Positions 27,819-36,840 of a stretch of DNA of 64,000 nucleotides are shown here, piece by piece. The notes under the pieces are model-generated. The model saw nothing but the letters and a program-made list of their open reading frames with translations. It was not told the DNA's origin and did no database searches. This stretch comes from Planctomycetota bacterium. GTDB lineage: Bacteria; Planctomycetota; J058. Made by a program: the position numbers and the translations under genes. The stretch is taken from assembly GCA_023954375.1 (NCBI GenBank), contig JAMLIC010000006.1:146972-210971 (forward strand), written 5' to 3'. Numbering within the stretch: the stretch's first letter is position 1; each line of letters starts with the position of its first letter.

Positions 27819-28841
27819 GTGGACGTCAGGCCCATCGACCTCGGGCGCGGGGTGCGCTTCGACCCGCCGTTCGTGCTCGCCCCCATGGAGGGCGTGACGC
27901 ACCGGGTGTTCCGGGACCTCCTGCTCGACGCGGGCGGGCCGGGGGCGGCGTGGACGGAGTTCCTCCGCGTGTCGCAGGTGCCGCTGCGGACGGCGGCGAT
28001 CCGCCGCGAGCTCGGCCCGCCGCGCGCCGACGTGCCCGTGGGCGTCCAGCTCATGGGGACGGACCCCGGCGTGGTCGCCGAGACGGCGCGCAACGCCGTC
28101 ACCGCCGGGGCGCCGATGATCGACCTCAACTTCGGCTGCCCGGCGCCGGTGGTGTTCAACAAGTGCGCCGGCTCGGCCATGCTGGACCACCCCGAGCGGC
28201 TGCGCGCGCTGGTCGCCGCCGTGGTCGCGGCCGTGGACGTGCCGGTCACGGCGAAGGTCCGCCTCGGCGTGCGCGACGCCTCGCGCTTCGAGGAGGTCGT
28301 GCGGGCGGTCGACGAGGCGGGCGCCGCCGCGCTGACCGTCCACGCCCGCACGCGCGCCGACCAGTACGCCCACCCGGCCCGCTGGGAGCACCTGGCCCGC
28401 GCGCGCGAGTGGACGCGCCGGCCGCTCATCGGCAACGGCGACGTGCTCGGCTGGGACGACGCCGCGCGCATGATGCGCGAGTGCAAGGTCGACGGCGTCA
28501 TGGTGGGGCGCGGGGCCCTGCGCGACCCGTGGGTGCTCGCGCGCCTGCGCGCCCGGGCGCGCGGCGCCCCGGAGCCCGAGGTCGGCCCGGCGCAGGTCCT
28601 CGGCTTCCACGCCCGCTACCGCGACGACATGCTCCGCGGCGGCGCCAGCGAGCGCGGGCTCCTCGGGCAGCTCAAGCAGCTCTATCGGCGGCTCGAGGTG
28701 GGGCTGCCGATCGACGCCGCCGCCCGCGCCGGTCTCCTGCGCGCCGCGACGCTGGTCGAGCTCGAGGCGCGGGTCGAGGCGCTGGCGCGGGCCTGCGATG
28801 AGTCGGCGGCGCCGGGGCTCACCCCTCCAGCGTCGGCGTGA
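27819..28841 (+). CDS. tRNA-dihydrouridine synthase (Dus family)
   Basis: FVLAPMEGVTHRVFRDL..., DLNFGCPAPVVFNKCAGSAML, TVHARTRADQY...NGDV. Confidence 0.85.
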   Translation: MDVRPIDLGRGVRFDPPFVLAPMEGVTHRVFRDLLLDAGGPGAAWTEFLRVSQVPLRTAAIRRELGPPRADVPVGVQLMGTDPGVVAETARNAVTAGAPMIDLNFGCPAPVVFNKCAGSAMLDHPERLRALVAAVVAAVDVPVTAKVRLGVRDASRFEEVVRAVDEAGAAALTVHARTRADQYAHPARWEHLARAREWTRRPLIGNGDVLGWDDAARMMRECKVDGVMVGRGALRDPWVLARLRARARGAPEPEVGPAQVLGFHARYRDDMLRGGASERGLLGQLKQLYRRLEVGLPIDAAARAGLLRAATLVELEARVEALARACDESAAPGLTPPASA

Positions 28842-30245
28842 TCGGCGGGTCGAGGGTCGGCGGCTCGGGCAGCTCGAAGGCGAGCTGCACGGCCTCGATG
28901 AACGCCGCGCGGTCGACGAAGTCGAGCGAGTCCTCGGCGCTGCCCCCGAGCATGGCCACGCGCCACAGGCCCGCGGCCGGGGCGATCATGGCGATCTGCT
29001 CCTTGCGGCGGTCGCGGACGGTCCAGGCCCCCGCGGCCGGCGAGGGGCGCAGGAGCCCGACCGCGCGGTGGCGGAAGATGACCCGCACGCCGGAGACGCG
29101 CTGCGTGCCCTTGCGCGCGGGCGGCGCCTCGGCGCGCCGCAGCGGGGAGATGAGCGCCGTGCGCAGCTGCGGGGGGTGGTCGAGGTCGAACGCCGCCGCG
29201 AGCGCGGCGGGGAACGAGTCGGCCAGCAGGTACTCGAGCGAGTCCTCCGGGCGGCCGCCGAGCCAGAAGATCGTGAACTTGCCGGCCTCGCTGGAGAGCA
29301 CGGCGATCTGCTGCTGCTGCGGGTCGTAGACCGACCAGGTCCGCTTGCCGGTGAGGGCCACGAAGCCGATCGTCTCGCCGGCCACGACGACCGCGCTCCC
29401 CTGGAGCGCCGCGGGCTCCGCGGGGGCGCCGTCGTCCACGGCGGGGGGCGGAGCGGCGGGCGGCGGCGGGGCCGCGGGCGGCGGGGGCGCCGCGGGCGCG
29501 GGGCGGCGGCGGCGGCGGGCGGCGCGCCGCCCCCGCCCAGCGCCGGGAAGGCGTCGCTCGCCGTGAGGCGCCGGGGCGGCGCCGCGTGCCGGGCGGTGCC
29601 GGGCGGCGGGTGGCGGCCGGTGGCCGGCGCGGGGCGACCCCCGAGCACCGGCTGCGAGCGGGGCCCGAGCGGGGGGTCGAGCCGCGGCCTCCCCTCCAGC
29701 GCGAGGACCAGGGCGGCCGCGGCCTCGAGGTCGTCGACGACGTGCTGCCGCAGGTCCTCGTAGGCGGCGTCGCGCGGGCGGTGCGTGACGGCCAGGCGGT
29801 GGCCGTCCTGATGGACCATGGCCACCTTCGTCGCCGTGGCGTCGAGGATCGCCCACACGCCGGTCGCCGTGCCCAGGGCGAAGCCCCGCGTCCTGTCGTC
29901 GCCGTCGAGCACGCACGAGCCCACCTCCGCGGCCATGAGCCGCCGAAGGTGGACGCGCTGCCCGATCGACGGGCGCAGGAACTGCATGCCGACGCGCCCG
30001 ACGCCCGCGACGTCGGCCGACCAGGCGACGACCGCGGCGATCGACAGCACCCCGGCGCGCCGGTGGTCGAGCTCGAGCTCGAGGACCTCACCCGCGGGGA
30101 GGGGCTGCGAGAGGGCGAACCCCACCCCCTCGATCGACACGTCCATGCCGGCCTGGCCGCCGACGCCGCCGCGGATGCTCACGCGGACGCCCCGCGTGGG
30201 CACGCGGCGGGCGGCGCGGCGATCGAAGGGGGTGGGCGTCGCCAT
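28819..30245 (-). CDS. PilZ-domain protein with three ~60-aa internal repeats; reading frame changes once in the Pro/Ala-rich linker (~29440-29600): frameshift, sequencing error or pseudogene
   Basis: Frame B (30245 downward): MATPTPFDRRAARRVPTRGVRVSIRGG...DVSIEGVGF (RxxxR + DxSxxG PilZ motifs) and repeat 1; frame A (down to stop at 28819): repeats 2 and 3 (TIGFVALTGKRTWSVYDPQQQQIAVLSSEAGKFTIFWLGGRPEDSLEYLL / QIAMIAPAAGLWRVAMLGGSAEDSLDFV). Each frame becomes Arg/Pro junk beyond the linker. Confidence 0.55.
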
Positions 30246-30293
30246 GGCCGCATCTTCTGCGATCCGCGGGGGCTCGCAATGCCCGCCCGCCGC

Positions 30294-32297
30294 TCAGCGC
30301 TGGATGGAGCTCCGGAGCGCCGCCACCGCCGCCTCGCCCTCGTGCACGAGCGCCGCGTCGCCGCGCCGCTCGGCGAAGAAGACCACGCCGAGCCGGCGCC
30401 CGGGGTAGCGCGTGGCGGGGTCCGGCGCGGCGTGGTCCTGCATGAACACCGCGTAGCGGGCGAGCTCCGTCGCCGGCATCGTCCAGCGGCCGGCCACCGG
30501 GATGACGCCGGGCACCGGCGTGGCGGGCGGCGGCGAGGCGTCGACCTGCACGCGGAAGTTGAGGTCCGGGTCGTAGGCGCGGTAGACGAGCTCCGTGCAC
30601 ACGACGCGGTCGTCGGTGGCGAAGTCGAAGTCGAAGTCGTACGGCCGGCCATGGAGCGTCAAGGCGCGCTTGATCGCCGCCGCGACGGCGTGCTCGGGGA
30701 GGTCGGGCCGGAGGGCGGCCGCGTGGTCCTTGCCCAGCGCGTGCCCGACCGAGCTGAAGACCACGCCCTCCGACACGGCCTCGATCGCCCGCGCCGGCAG
30801 GCCGTGCTCGTCGGTGGCCGCGAGGAAGCGCGGCAGGACCCGCCTGACGAGCGGGTCGTCGCCGAGCGCGGTCCCGTCCTCGAGGCGGAGCGCCGTCCAC
30901 GCCTCGGCCGGGCCGAGCCAGAGGATGGCGTGCGGCCAGAAGCCGGGGAGGAACGCGTTCGAGAGGAAGCCGTCCTGCCGCACGACGAGGACGTCGCCCG
31001 GGCGCAGCCGCGCGGCGAGCCCCTCGGCCAGGGCGGGCCCGATCGCCGGCGGCCGCGAGGTCGTGCGGGTGTCGCCGAGGAAGCAGGCCACGCGCGCGAC
31101 GACGGCGTAGAAGGGGTAGCTGAAGCCGGCCTTGAGGCGGGCGTCCCACGTCTCCTTCCAGGCGGCGAACGCCGAGAAGCGATGCCGCTCGAGCAGCGCC
31201 CGGCAGCGCGCGACGCCCTGGCGCGCGGCGGCCGCCTCGGCGGCGAGCGGTCCGTTCGCCAGCGCGCCCGCTGGCCCCGTCGACGTGACCGCGTCCACCT
31301 CGTCGTAGCAGCGGCCGATGTCACCCCCGTAGCGCAGGCGGAGGAGCGCGCGCACGGAGCCGGCCGGGATCGTGCCCGGCGGCGCCTCGCCCTGGTCGAC
31401 GAAGTCGAGCGGCGCGCGCGCGTCGAGGGTCAGGTAGAGCGGATGGCGGTGCCACCAGGCGCGCTGCCAGACCTCGAGCACCGGGCGCTCGCCGACGACC
31501 ACGTCGAGGAGCCAGGTGAGGTAGGCCTCGTGCACGTGACGCGCCCGGAGCAGCACGAGCCGCGCGGCGTCGCGGAGCGCGAGGCCGTCGTCCCGCGCCG
31601 CCGCGCGCCAGCGGGCGATCGTGTTGAGGACCCGGTGCAGGGCGAAGGTGGCGCGGTGCTGCGCCCCGCGGGCGAAGGTGGCCTCGCTCGGGGTGAGCAT
31701 GGGCTCGTGGCCGGTCGCGGCCGCCCGCGCGTCGAGGGCGGCCGAGACGAGCTCGAGGCGCCGGCACTCGAGCGCCAGCTGCTCCTCGAGCCGGTCGAGC
31801 TTGGCGAGGTCGCGGCGCAGCGCCGCGAGGAGGTCCGCCTCGTCCTCGCCGTCGTACCAGCGCCCGACGGCGTCCCAGGCGAACGTCTCGCCCATGGCCT
31901 CGATCAGCGCGTGCGCCTCGACGACGGCGGGCGCGTCGTCGGCGGTGGGTCGGGGGAGGCGGACCGTCAGCCGGCGCAGCGGCCCGGCGAGGGTCGCGGC
32001 CGGGGGTGCGTCGCCCGGGCCGATCGTCACGTCGACCTCGAAGAGGTCGAACGCCGCGTGCGCGTATGCCTCGCGCACCTCCTCGAGCTGGCGGATCGCC
32101 AGCGCCTCCTCGGCGGCGTCGGAGAGGTGGACGTCGACCCGCACCGGCAGATGCCAGCCCGCGCGCACGAACGAGCTCAGCGCGGCGGCCGCAGCGCGGA
32201 CGGCGGGGGCGTCGGTGTGGGCGAGGGGCCGCTCCGGCGGCGTGGCGCAGGCGGCGAGGAGCAGGGGGAGGGGCAGGGCAGCGAGGGCGAGGCGCAT
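30294..32297 (-). CDS. lipoprotein with C-terminal YiiX/YaeF-like permuted papain-fold (C92) domain
   Basis: Start trimmed to MRLALAALPLPLLLAAC (lipobox); C-terminus PGDVLVVRQDGFLSNAFLPGFWPHAILWLG...LHGRPYDFDFDFATDDRVVCTELVYRAY matches remembered YiiX motif (YDFSFSWSDDRQYCSELVWKVY); N-terminal 160 aa of track ORF is Pro/Arg junk. Confidence 0.75.
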   Translation of the reverse strand: MRLALAALPLPLLLAACATPPERPLAHTDAPAVRAAAAALSSFVRAGWHLPVRVDVHLSDAAEEALAIRQLEEVREAYAHAAFDLFEVDVTIGPGDAPPAATLAGPLRRLTVRLPRPTADDAPAVVEAHALIEAMGETFAWDAVGRWYDGEDEADLLAALRRDLAKLDRLEEQLALECRRLELVSAALDARAAATGHEPMLTPSEATFARGAQHRATFALHRVLNTIARWRAAARDDGLALRDAARLVLLRARHVHEAYLTWLLDVVVGERPVLEVWQRAWWHRHPLYLTLDARAPLDFVDQGEAPPGTIPAGSVRALLRLRYGGDIGRCYDEVDAVTSTGPAGALANGPLAAEAAAARQGVARCRALLERHRFSAFAAWKETWDARLKAGFSYPFYAVVARVACFLGDTRTTSRPPAIGPALAEGLAARLRPGDVLVVRQDGFLSNAFLPGFWPHAILWLGPAEAWTALRLEDGTALGDDPLVRRVLPRFLAATDEHGLPARAIEAVSEGVVFSSVGHALGKDHAAALRPDLPEHAVAAAIKRALTLHGRPYDFDFDFATDDRVVCTELVYRAYDPDLNFRVQVDASPPPATPVPGVIPVAGRWTMPATELARYAVFMQDHAAPDPATRYPGRRLGVVFFAERRGDAALVHEGEAAVAALRSSIQR

Positions 32298-32340
32298 GGC
32301 GAGACGATAGCCACCCGGCGGAGCCCGAGCACGCCGGAGC

Positions 32341-32508
32341 TGGAGCGGGGGCGGGAGCGGGAGCGGGAGCGGGAGCGGGGACGGGAGCGGGAGCGGGGGC
32401 GGGGGCGGGAGCGGGAGCGGGAGCGGGGGCGGGAGCGGGGGCGGGTTCGGCCTCGGCTTCGGCCTCGGCTTCGGCCTCGGTCTCGGCCTCGGCTTCGGCT
32501 TGCGCGGG
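32341..32508. repeat. composite microsatellite: ~17 x GGGAGC/GGGGGC hexamers then ~11 x GGCYTC hexamers
   Basis: Direct reading of sequence; G3-N3 periodicity gives repeated G-quadruplex-capable motifs on the plus strand. Confidence 0.9.
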
Positions 32509-32697
32509 CCTCGCGGCGTTGGGCGTCCTCGCGGGGCGTGAGAGCGCGAGAACGCCGCGAGGCCCGCGCCGGGGCGCCTTGTGAAGGAGCGCGCGCGCCG
32601 GCCCCTGCTCCCGGCACGGGCCTCGCCGCTGCGCCTCGGCAGGAGCAGCCCCGTGGCCTCCGCCCGGGACCTCTGCAACCTGCGAAAGGAGACCTCG

Positions 32698-33024
32698 ATG
32701 CCGTTCCTCGCCGAGACCAACGCCTTGACCCTCCTGACCCTCCTGCGCGAGCCGCTGAAGCGGCTCCAGGCCCACGACCCGAAGCTCGCCGACGAGGCGC
32801 GGCGAGCCGGCAGGTCGATCGCGCTGAACGCGGCCGAGGGCCGCGGGCGACGAGGCCGAGACCGGACCCACCACTTCGCCGTGGCCTACGCCAGCGGGCG
32901 AGAGCTCCGCATGGCCCTGGCGATCGCCGAGGCGGAAGGGCTCCTCGACCGCGGGGAGCTCGGCGAGGTGCGGCAGGTGCTCGACCGGCAGCTCGCCCTG
33001 CTGTGGGGCCTCCAGCGCCGCTGA
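32698..33024 (+). CDS. four-helix-bundle protein (TIGR02436 / 23S rRNA intervening-sequence protein family)
   Basis: MPFLAETNALTLLTLLREPLKRLQAHDPKLADEARRAGRSIALNAAEGRGRRGRDRTHHFAVAYASGRELRMALAIAEAEGL; strong RBS AAGGAG 8 nt upstream of ATG; start trimmed from track ORF 32581. Confidence 0.8.
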   Translation: MPFLAETNALTLLTLLREPLKRLQAHDPKLADEARRAGRSIALNAAEGRGRRGRDRTHHFAVAYASGRELRMALAIAEAEGLLDRGELGEVRQVLDRQLALLWGLQRR

Positions 33025-33077
33025 CGCGGCGCCTCGCCGGGCCCGCGCCCGCGGCGGGCCCGGCGGCGCCGTGTGCG

Positions 33078-33360
<283 letters not shown>

Positions 33361-33371
33361 TTCGCCGCGGG

Positions 33372-33596
33372 CTACTCGTCGTGCCCGTCCCCCTCCACCT
33401 CCCTGGAGGGGGCGCGGCCCTCGAGCGTCGCCTCGAGCTCCTCGACGTCGCGCGCGTCCATGGGGCGGCTCACGACGTACTGCCCGCTGACCCACTTCTC
33501 GAGGTCGAGCAGGCGGCAGCGCCGCGAGCAGAACGGGAACGCGGCCGCGTCCGTCGGGACGCGGGCGTCGCAGGTGGGGCAGGTCAGGTCGGCCAT
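33372..33596 (-). CDS. yacG: DNA gyrase inhibitor YacG (zinc-ribbon)
   Basis: MADLTCPTCDARVPTDAAAFPFCSRRCRLLDLEKWVSGQY matches the YacG CPxC...FCSxRCxxxDLxxW pattern; start trimmed from track ORF 34094. Confidence 0.75.
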   Translation of the reverse strand: MADLTCPTCDARVPTDAAAFPFCSRRCRLLDLEKWVSGQYVVSRPMDARDVEELEATLEGRAPSREVEGDGHDE

Positions 33597-33800
33597 ATCC
33601 CGAGGATACCCGCGCCTGCTGGCGCGACCGCCGGGACGGACGCGGCCCCGGGGGACAGGGTCGGCGCCCCGGCGCCGCCGGAAGCCGCGCGAACGCGGGA
33701 GGCGGCGCGACGGCAGCCCGTTCGCTCGGCAACGCGCCGGGCGGCGCCCCCGGGCCGGCGCAGGGCCGGGTCCAGCAGCGGGCCGCTCGTGGAGTGCGGA

Positions 33801-34049
33801 ATGTTCGGCACGGGCACGTTGTTCGGGACGGAGCGGCGCGAGGGCGTGGTCGCGCGCGGGATCGAGCGTCAGACGGCGAAGCTGCCGTCCGACCTGTTCC
33901 TCTGGGCGAGCCTCGGCTCGGTGATCGGCTCGCTGGCGCTCAAGACCATGGGCCGCGACCGCGACGCCGAGTTCGTCGGCCAGTGGGTGCCGACGCTGCT
34001 GATCCTCGGCCTCTACAACAAGATCGTGAAGGTCGCGGGTCACGACTGA
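33801..34049 (+). CDS. small hypothetical membrane protein (82 aa)
   Basis: MFGTGTLFGTERREGVVARGIERQTAKLPSDLFLWASLGSVIGSLALKTMGRDRDAEFVGQWVPTLLILGLYNKIVKVAGHD; near-100% GC3; hidden at the 3' end of the spurious 29586..34049 track ORF. Confidence 0.5.
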   Translation: MFGTGTLFGTERREGVVARGIERQTAKLPSDLFLWASLGSVIGSLALKTMGRDRDAEFVGQWVPTLLILGLYNKIVKVAGHD

Positions 34050-34103
34050 CCCGCCGTGGGACGTGGCGGCGCGGCGCGACCGCTGCGCCGCCACGCGCCC
34101 CCG

Positions 34104-34592
34104 TCAGCCCTCCTGGCCGGCGCGGCCCTGCAGGGTCTCGGCCAGCGCGTTGAGCTCGTCGGCGACGTCGGTCATCGCGTCGTGCTTGCGCAGGGCCGTG
34201 CGCACCTCGTAGCGCCCCTCGCGCAGGGCGCGCAGGTGGCGGCGGAAGGCGACCGCCGGCCCGACCAGCCGGTGCGTGTAGAGCACCGACACGGCGACCG
34301 TCGCCACGACGAAGACGACCGCCAGCACCAGCAGCCAGCCGGCCGTGGCGCGGAACTGGGCCTCGACGATCCGCGCCGCCTCGCCCTTGTCCTCGATCAG
34401 GAGCAGGAGCTCGGCGTAGACGCGGGTGAGCGCCGCGTGGAGCACGCCGAGGGTCCCGCCGGCGAAGAGCACGCCGAGGACGATGCTGTAGAGCCCCAGG
34501 CGCACCTGCACCATGGGCGCGAGCAGGTAGTTGCGCGCCTTGCGCTGCTCCCCGCGCGCCTCGCCCCCCGGCGCGGGCCCTCCTGCCTCCAC
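34104..34592 (-). CDS. hypothetical membrane protein (2 TM)
   Basis: Hydrophobic segments LGLYSIVLGVLFAGGTLGVL and GWLLVLAVVFVVATVAVSVL; protein-like composition. Confidence 0.6.
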   Translation of the reverse strand: MEAGGPAPGGEARGEQRKARNYLLAPMVQVRLGLYSIVLGVLFAGGTLGVLHAALTRVYAELLLLIEDKGEAARIVEAQFRATAGWLLVLAVVFVVATVAVSVLYTHRLVGPAVAFRRHLRALREGRYEVRTALRKHDAMTDVADELNALAETLQGRAGQEG

Positions 34593-34659
34593 GGACCACC
34601 TCCCCCGCGAGCGCGGGCCGCCTCAGCCTACCCGCGCGCCCCCCGCCGCGCCCCCCTGG

Positions 34660-35616
34660 TCACGGCCGGAGGAGGACCTTGAGCGTCCCCGGCCGCCCGG
34701 CGTGCGCGACGGCCTCGGACCCTTCGGCCAGCGGGTAGACGGCGTCGACGAGCGGCGCCACGGCCACGCCGCGGCGGGCGAGCGCGGCCAGCGCCGGCGC
34801 GAACGGGCCGCAGCGCGAGCCGACGAGCGTGACCTCGTCGATCACCAGCGGCGCCAGCGAGAGCCGGTGCGCGTCGGCCACCGTGCTCTTGAGCACGAGC
34901 GTCCCGCGCGGCCGCACGAGCTGCACGGCGCGCTCGAGCCCGGCCGCCGACCCGGTGGCCTCGACGACGAGGTCCACCCGCTCCGCCGGCGCCGCCGCGG
35001 CGGCGAGGTCGGCCTCGGCCACCTCGACCCCGGCGCGCCGCAGGTGCTCGAGCTTGCGCGCGTGCCGGCCGACGCAGGTCACGCGCGCCCCCGCCGCGTG
35101 CAGGACCAGCGCCACGAGCAGGCCCAGCTTGCCGTCGCCGAGCACCGCCGCCCGCGTCCCCGGGCGCACGTGGACCTGCTCCAGCACCTCGAACGCCGCC
35201 GCGAGCGGCTCCGCGAACACCGCCTCCTCGTCGGAGACGGCGTCCGGGACGACGTGCAGGTTCGCGGGCGGCACGAGGACCTGCTCGGCGAAGGCGCCGT
35301 CCGCGCCGAGGATCCCCATGACCTGACGCGTGGGGCAGTGGCGCCCGAGGCCGGCGCCGCAGGCGGGGCAGGCCCCGCAGGCGAAGTTGATCTCCGCGAC
35401 CACGCGCCGGCCGACGAGCCCCGGCGGCCCCTCCTCGACGACCCCCACGACCTCGTGCCCGGGCACGCCGCGGAAGCCCATGTAGCCGCGCAGGAGCTGC
35501 AGGTCCGTCGAGCACACGCCGGCGAGGAGCACGCGCACCCGCGCCCGGCCGTCCGCGCGCGGCGCCGCGCGCTCCTCGAGGCGCAGGGCCTCGCCGTCCC
35601 ACACGAGCGCGCGCAC
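34660..35616 (-). CDS. zinc-dependent alcohol dehydrogenase family (MDR) oxidoreductase
   Basis: GTG start at VRALVWDGE preceded by GGGAGGGA RBS; GHEVVGVV catalytic-zinc motif, structural-zinc CGACPACGAGLGRHC, Rossmann AAVLGDGKLGLL. Confidence 0.8.
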   Translation of the reverse strand: MRALVWDGEALRLEERAAPRADGRARVRVLLAGVCSTDLQLLRGYMGFRGVPGHEVVGVVEEGPPGLVGRRVVAEINFACGACPACGAGLGRHCPTRQVMGILGADGAFAEQVLVPPANLHVVPDAVSDEEAVFAEPLAAAFEVLEQVHVRPGTRAAVLGDGKLGLLVALVLHAAGARVTCVGRHARKLEHLRRAGVEVAEADLAAAAAPAERVDLVVEATGSAAGLERAVQLVRPRGTLVLKSTVADAHRLSLAPLVIDEVTLVGSRCGPFAPALAALARRGVAVAPLVDAVYPLAEGSEAVAHAGRPGTLKVLLRP

Positions 35617-35694
35617 GGGTCCCTCCCGGGCGCCACGGTACGCCTGCCGGCGGCCGCGGGCAACGGGCGTATCCTGGAAGGGGCGGAGGGCCGG

Positions 35695-36150
35695 GTGAAG
35701 CGGCGTGGTCGGACCTGGGCGCTCGTGGGCGTCGTCGGCGCGGGCGCGGCCCTCGCCGCCGTCGCGCTCCAGGTCGATGATTGGCGCCGCGACCTCACGA
35801 CGAACCACGCCCGCACCGCGCCGCACGCGACCGACTCGCGCCTGCGTCCCCTCCGCACGACGCTCGACGCGTCGACGGTCGCCGCGCGGGTCGAGGAGGT
35901 CGCCCGGAGCCTGCCGCGCTGGGAGGTCGTCGCCGTCGAGCGTGACCCGGGCGGCGTGACGGTGCGGCTCATGCGCACGACGCGCCTCCTCCGCTTCCGT
36001 GACGACGTCACCGTCCGCGTCGCCCCCTCCGGGAGCGCGTGGGTCGTGACGGCCGAGTCGCGCTCCCGCGTCGGGCGCGGCGACCTCGGGCAGAACCCGC
36101 GCAACCTGCGCGAGCTGCTGGGCGCGCTCCGGGACCGGCTCGAGCGCTGA
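35695..36150 (+). CDS. DUF1499 domain protein
   Basis: GTG start after GGAGG; N-terminal TM then LRFRDDVTVRV...SRSRVGRGDLGQNPRNLRELL, characteristic of DUF1499. Confidence 0.65.
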   Translation: MKRRGRTWALVGVVGAGAALAAVALQVDDWRRDLTTNHARTAPHATDSRLRPLRTTLDASTVAARVEEVARSLPRWEVVAVERDPGGVTVRLMRTTRLLRFRDDVTVRVAPSGSAWVVTAESRSRVGRGDLGQNPRNLRELLGALRDRLER

Positions 36151-36157
36151 GGGGCGA

Positions 36158-36670
36158 TCAGACCAACCCGAGGACCTTCACGACGAGCCGCTTCGTGCGC
36201 TGCCCGTCGTACTCGGCGTAGAAGATCTGCTGCCAGGGGCCCAGGTCGAGCTTGCCCTTCGTGACCGGCGCGGTGAGCGAATGGTTGGTGAGGAACGACT
36301 TGAGGTGCGCGTCGCCGTTGTCCTCGCCCGTGCCGTGGTGGCGGTAGTCCGGCCCGAACGGGGCCAGCCCCTCGAGCCACGCGGCGATGTCCCGGAGCAG
36401 GCCGCCCTCGGCGTCGTTCACGTAGACGCCGGCGGTGATGTGCATGGCGCTCACGAAGCACAGGCCGTCGTCCACGCCGGACCGGCCGAGCGTCTCCTCG
36501 ACCCGATCCGTGATGTTCACCAGCGCCCAGCGGCGCGGGAGCCGCACGTGGTAGTGCTCGGTGTGGTGCACGTGCGGGCCGACCTCGCGGTGGGCCACGA
36601 CCTCGTGCCGCTCGAACCCCGGGCAGCCGCGCGGGTCGAGGAGCCAGTCCTGCTCGGTCTTCTTCGCCAT
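36158..36670 (-). CDS. YjbQ/UPF0047 family protein (secondary thiamine-phosphate synthase-like)
   Basis: MAKKTEQDW...ITDRVEE...GLCFVSAMHITAGVYVNDAE...DAHLKSFLTNHSLTAPVTKGKLDLGPWQQIFYAEYDG. Confidence 0.85.
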   Translation of the reverse strand: MAKKTEQDWLLDPRGCPGFERHEVVAHREVGPHVHHTEHYHVRLPRRWALVNITDRVEETLGRSGVDDGLCFVSAMHITAGVYVNDAEGGLLRDIAAWLEGLAPFGPDYRHHGTGEDNGDAHLKSFLTNHSLTAPVTKGKLDLGPWQQIFYAEYDGQRTKRLVVKVLGLV

Positions 36671-36790
36671 GGCGCCCACCGTAGCGGCGCGGCGTCCGGC
36701 CCGCGAGCCCGTGTCGGGGCGGTCACGGCGCGCGCGAGGTGACGTCCCGTGCGCTTGACGGGTCTCCGACCCTGGCCCATCGTGTGTGAG

Positions 36791-36807
36791 GTTGGAAACA
36801 ATCCAAC
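36791..36807. promoter_or_regulatory. perfect 6-bp inverted repeat with 5-nt spacer (GTTGGA-AACAA-TCCAAC) 34 bp upstream of the PAS histidine kinase start; candidate operator
   Basis: Direct reading; AT-richer than surroundings. Confidence 0.3.
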
Positions 36808-36840
36808 AGATTTCGCGCGGCGACGCCGCTCCCCTGTCAG

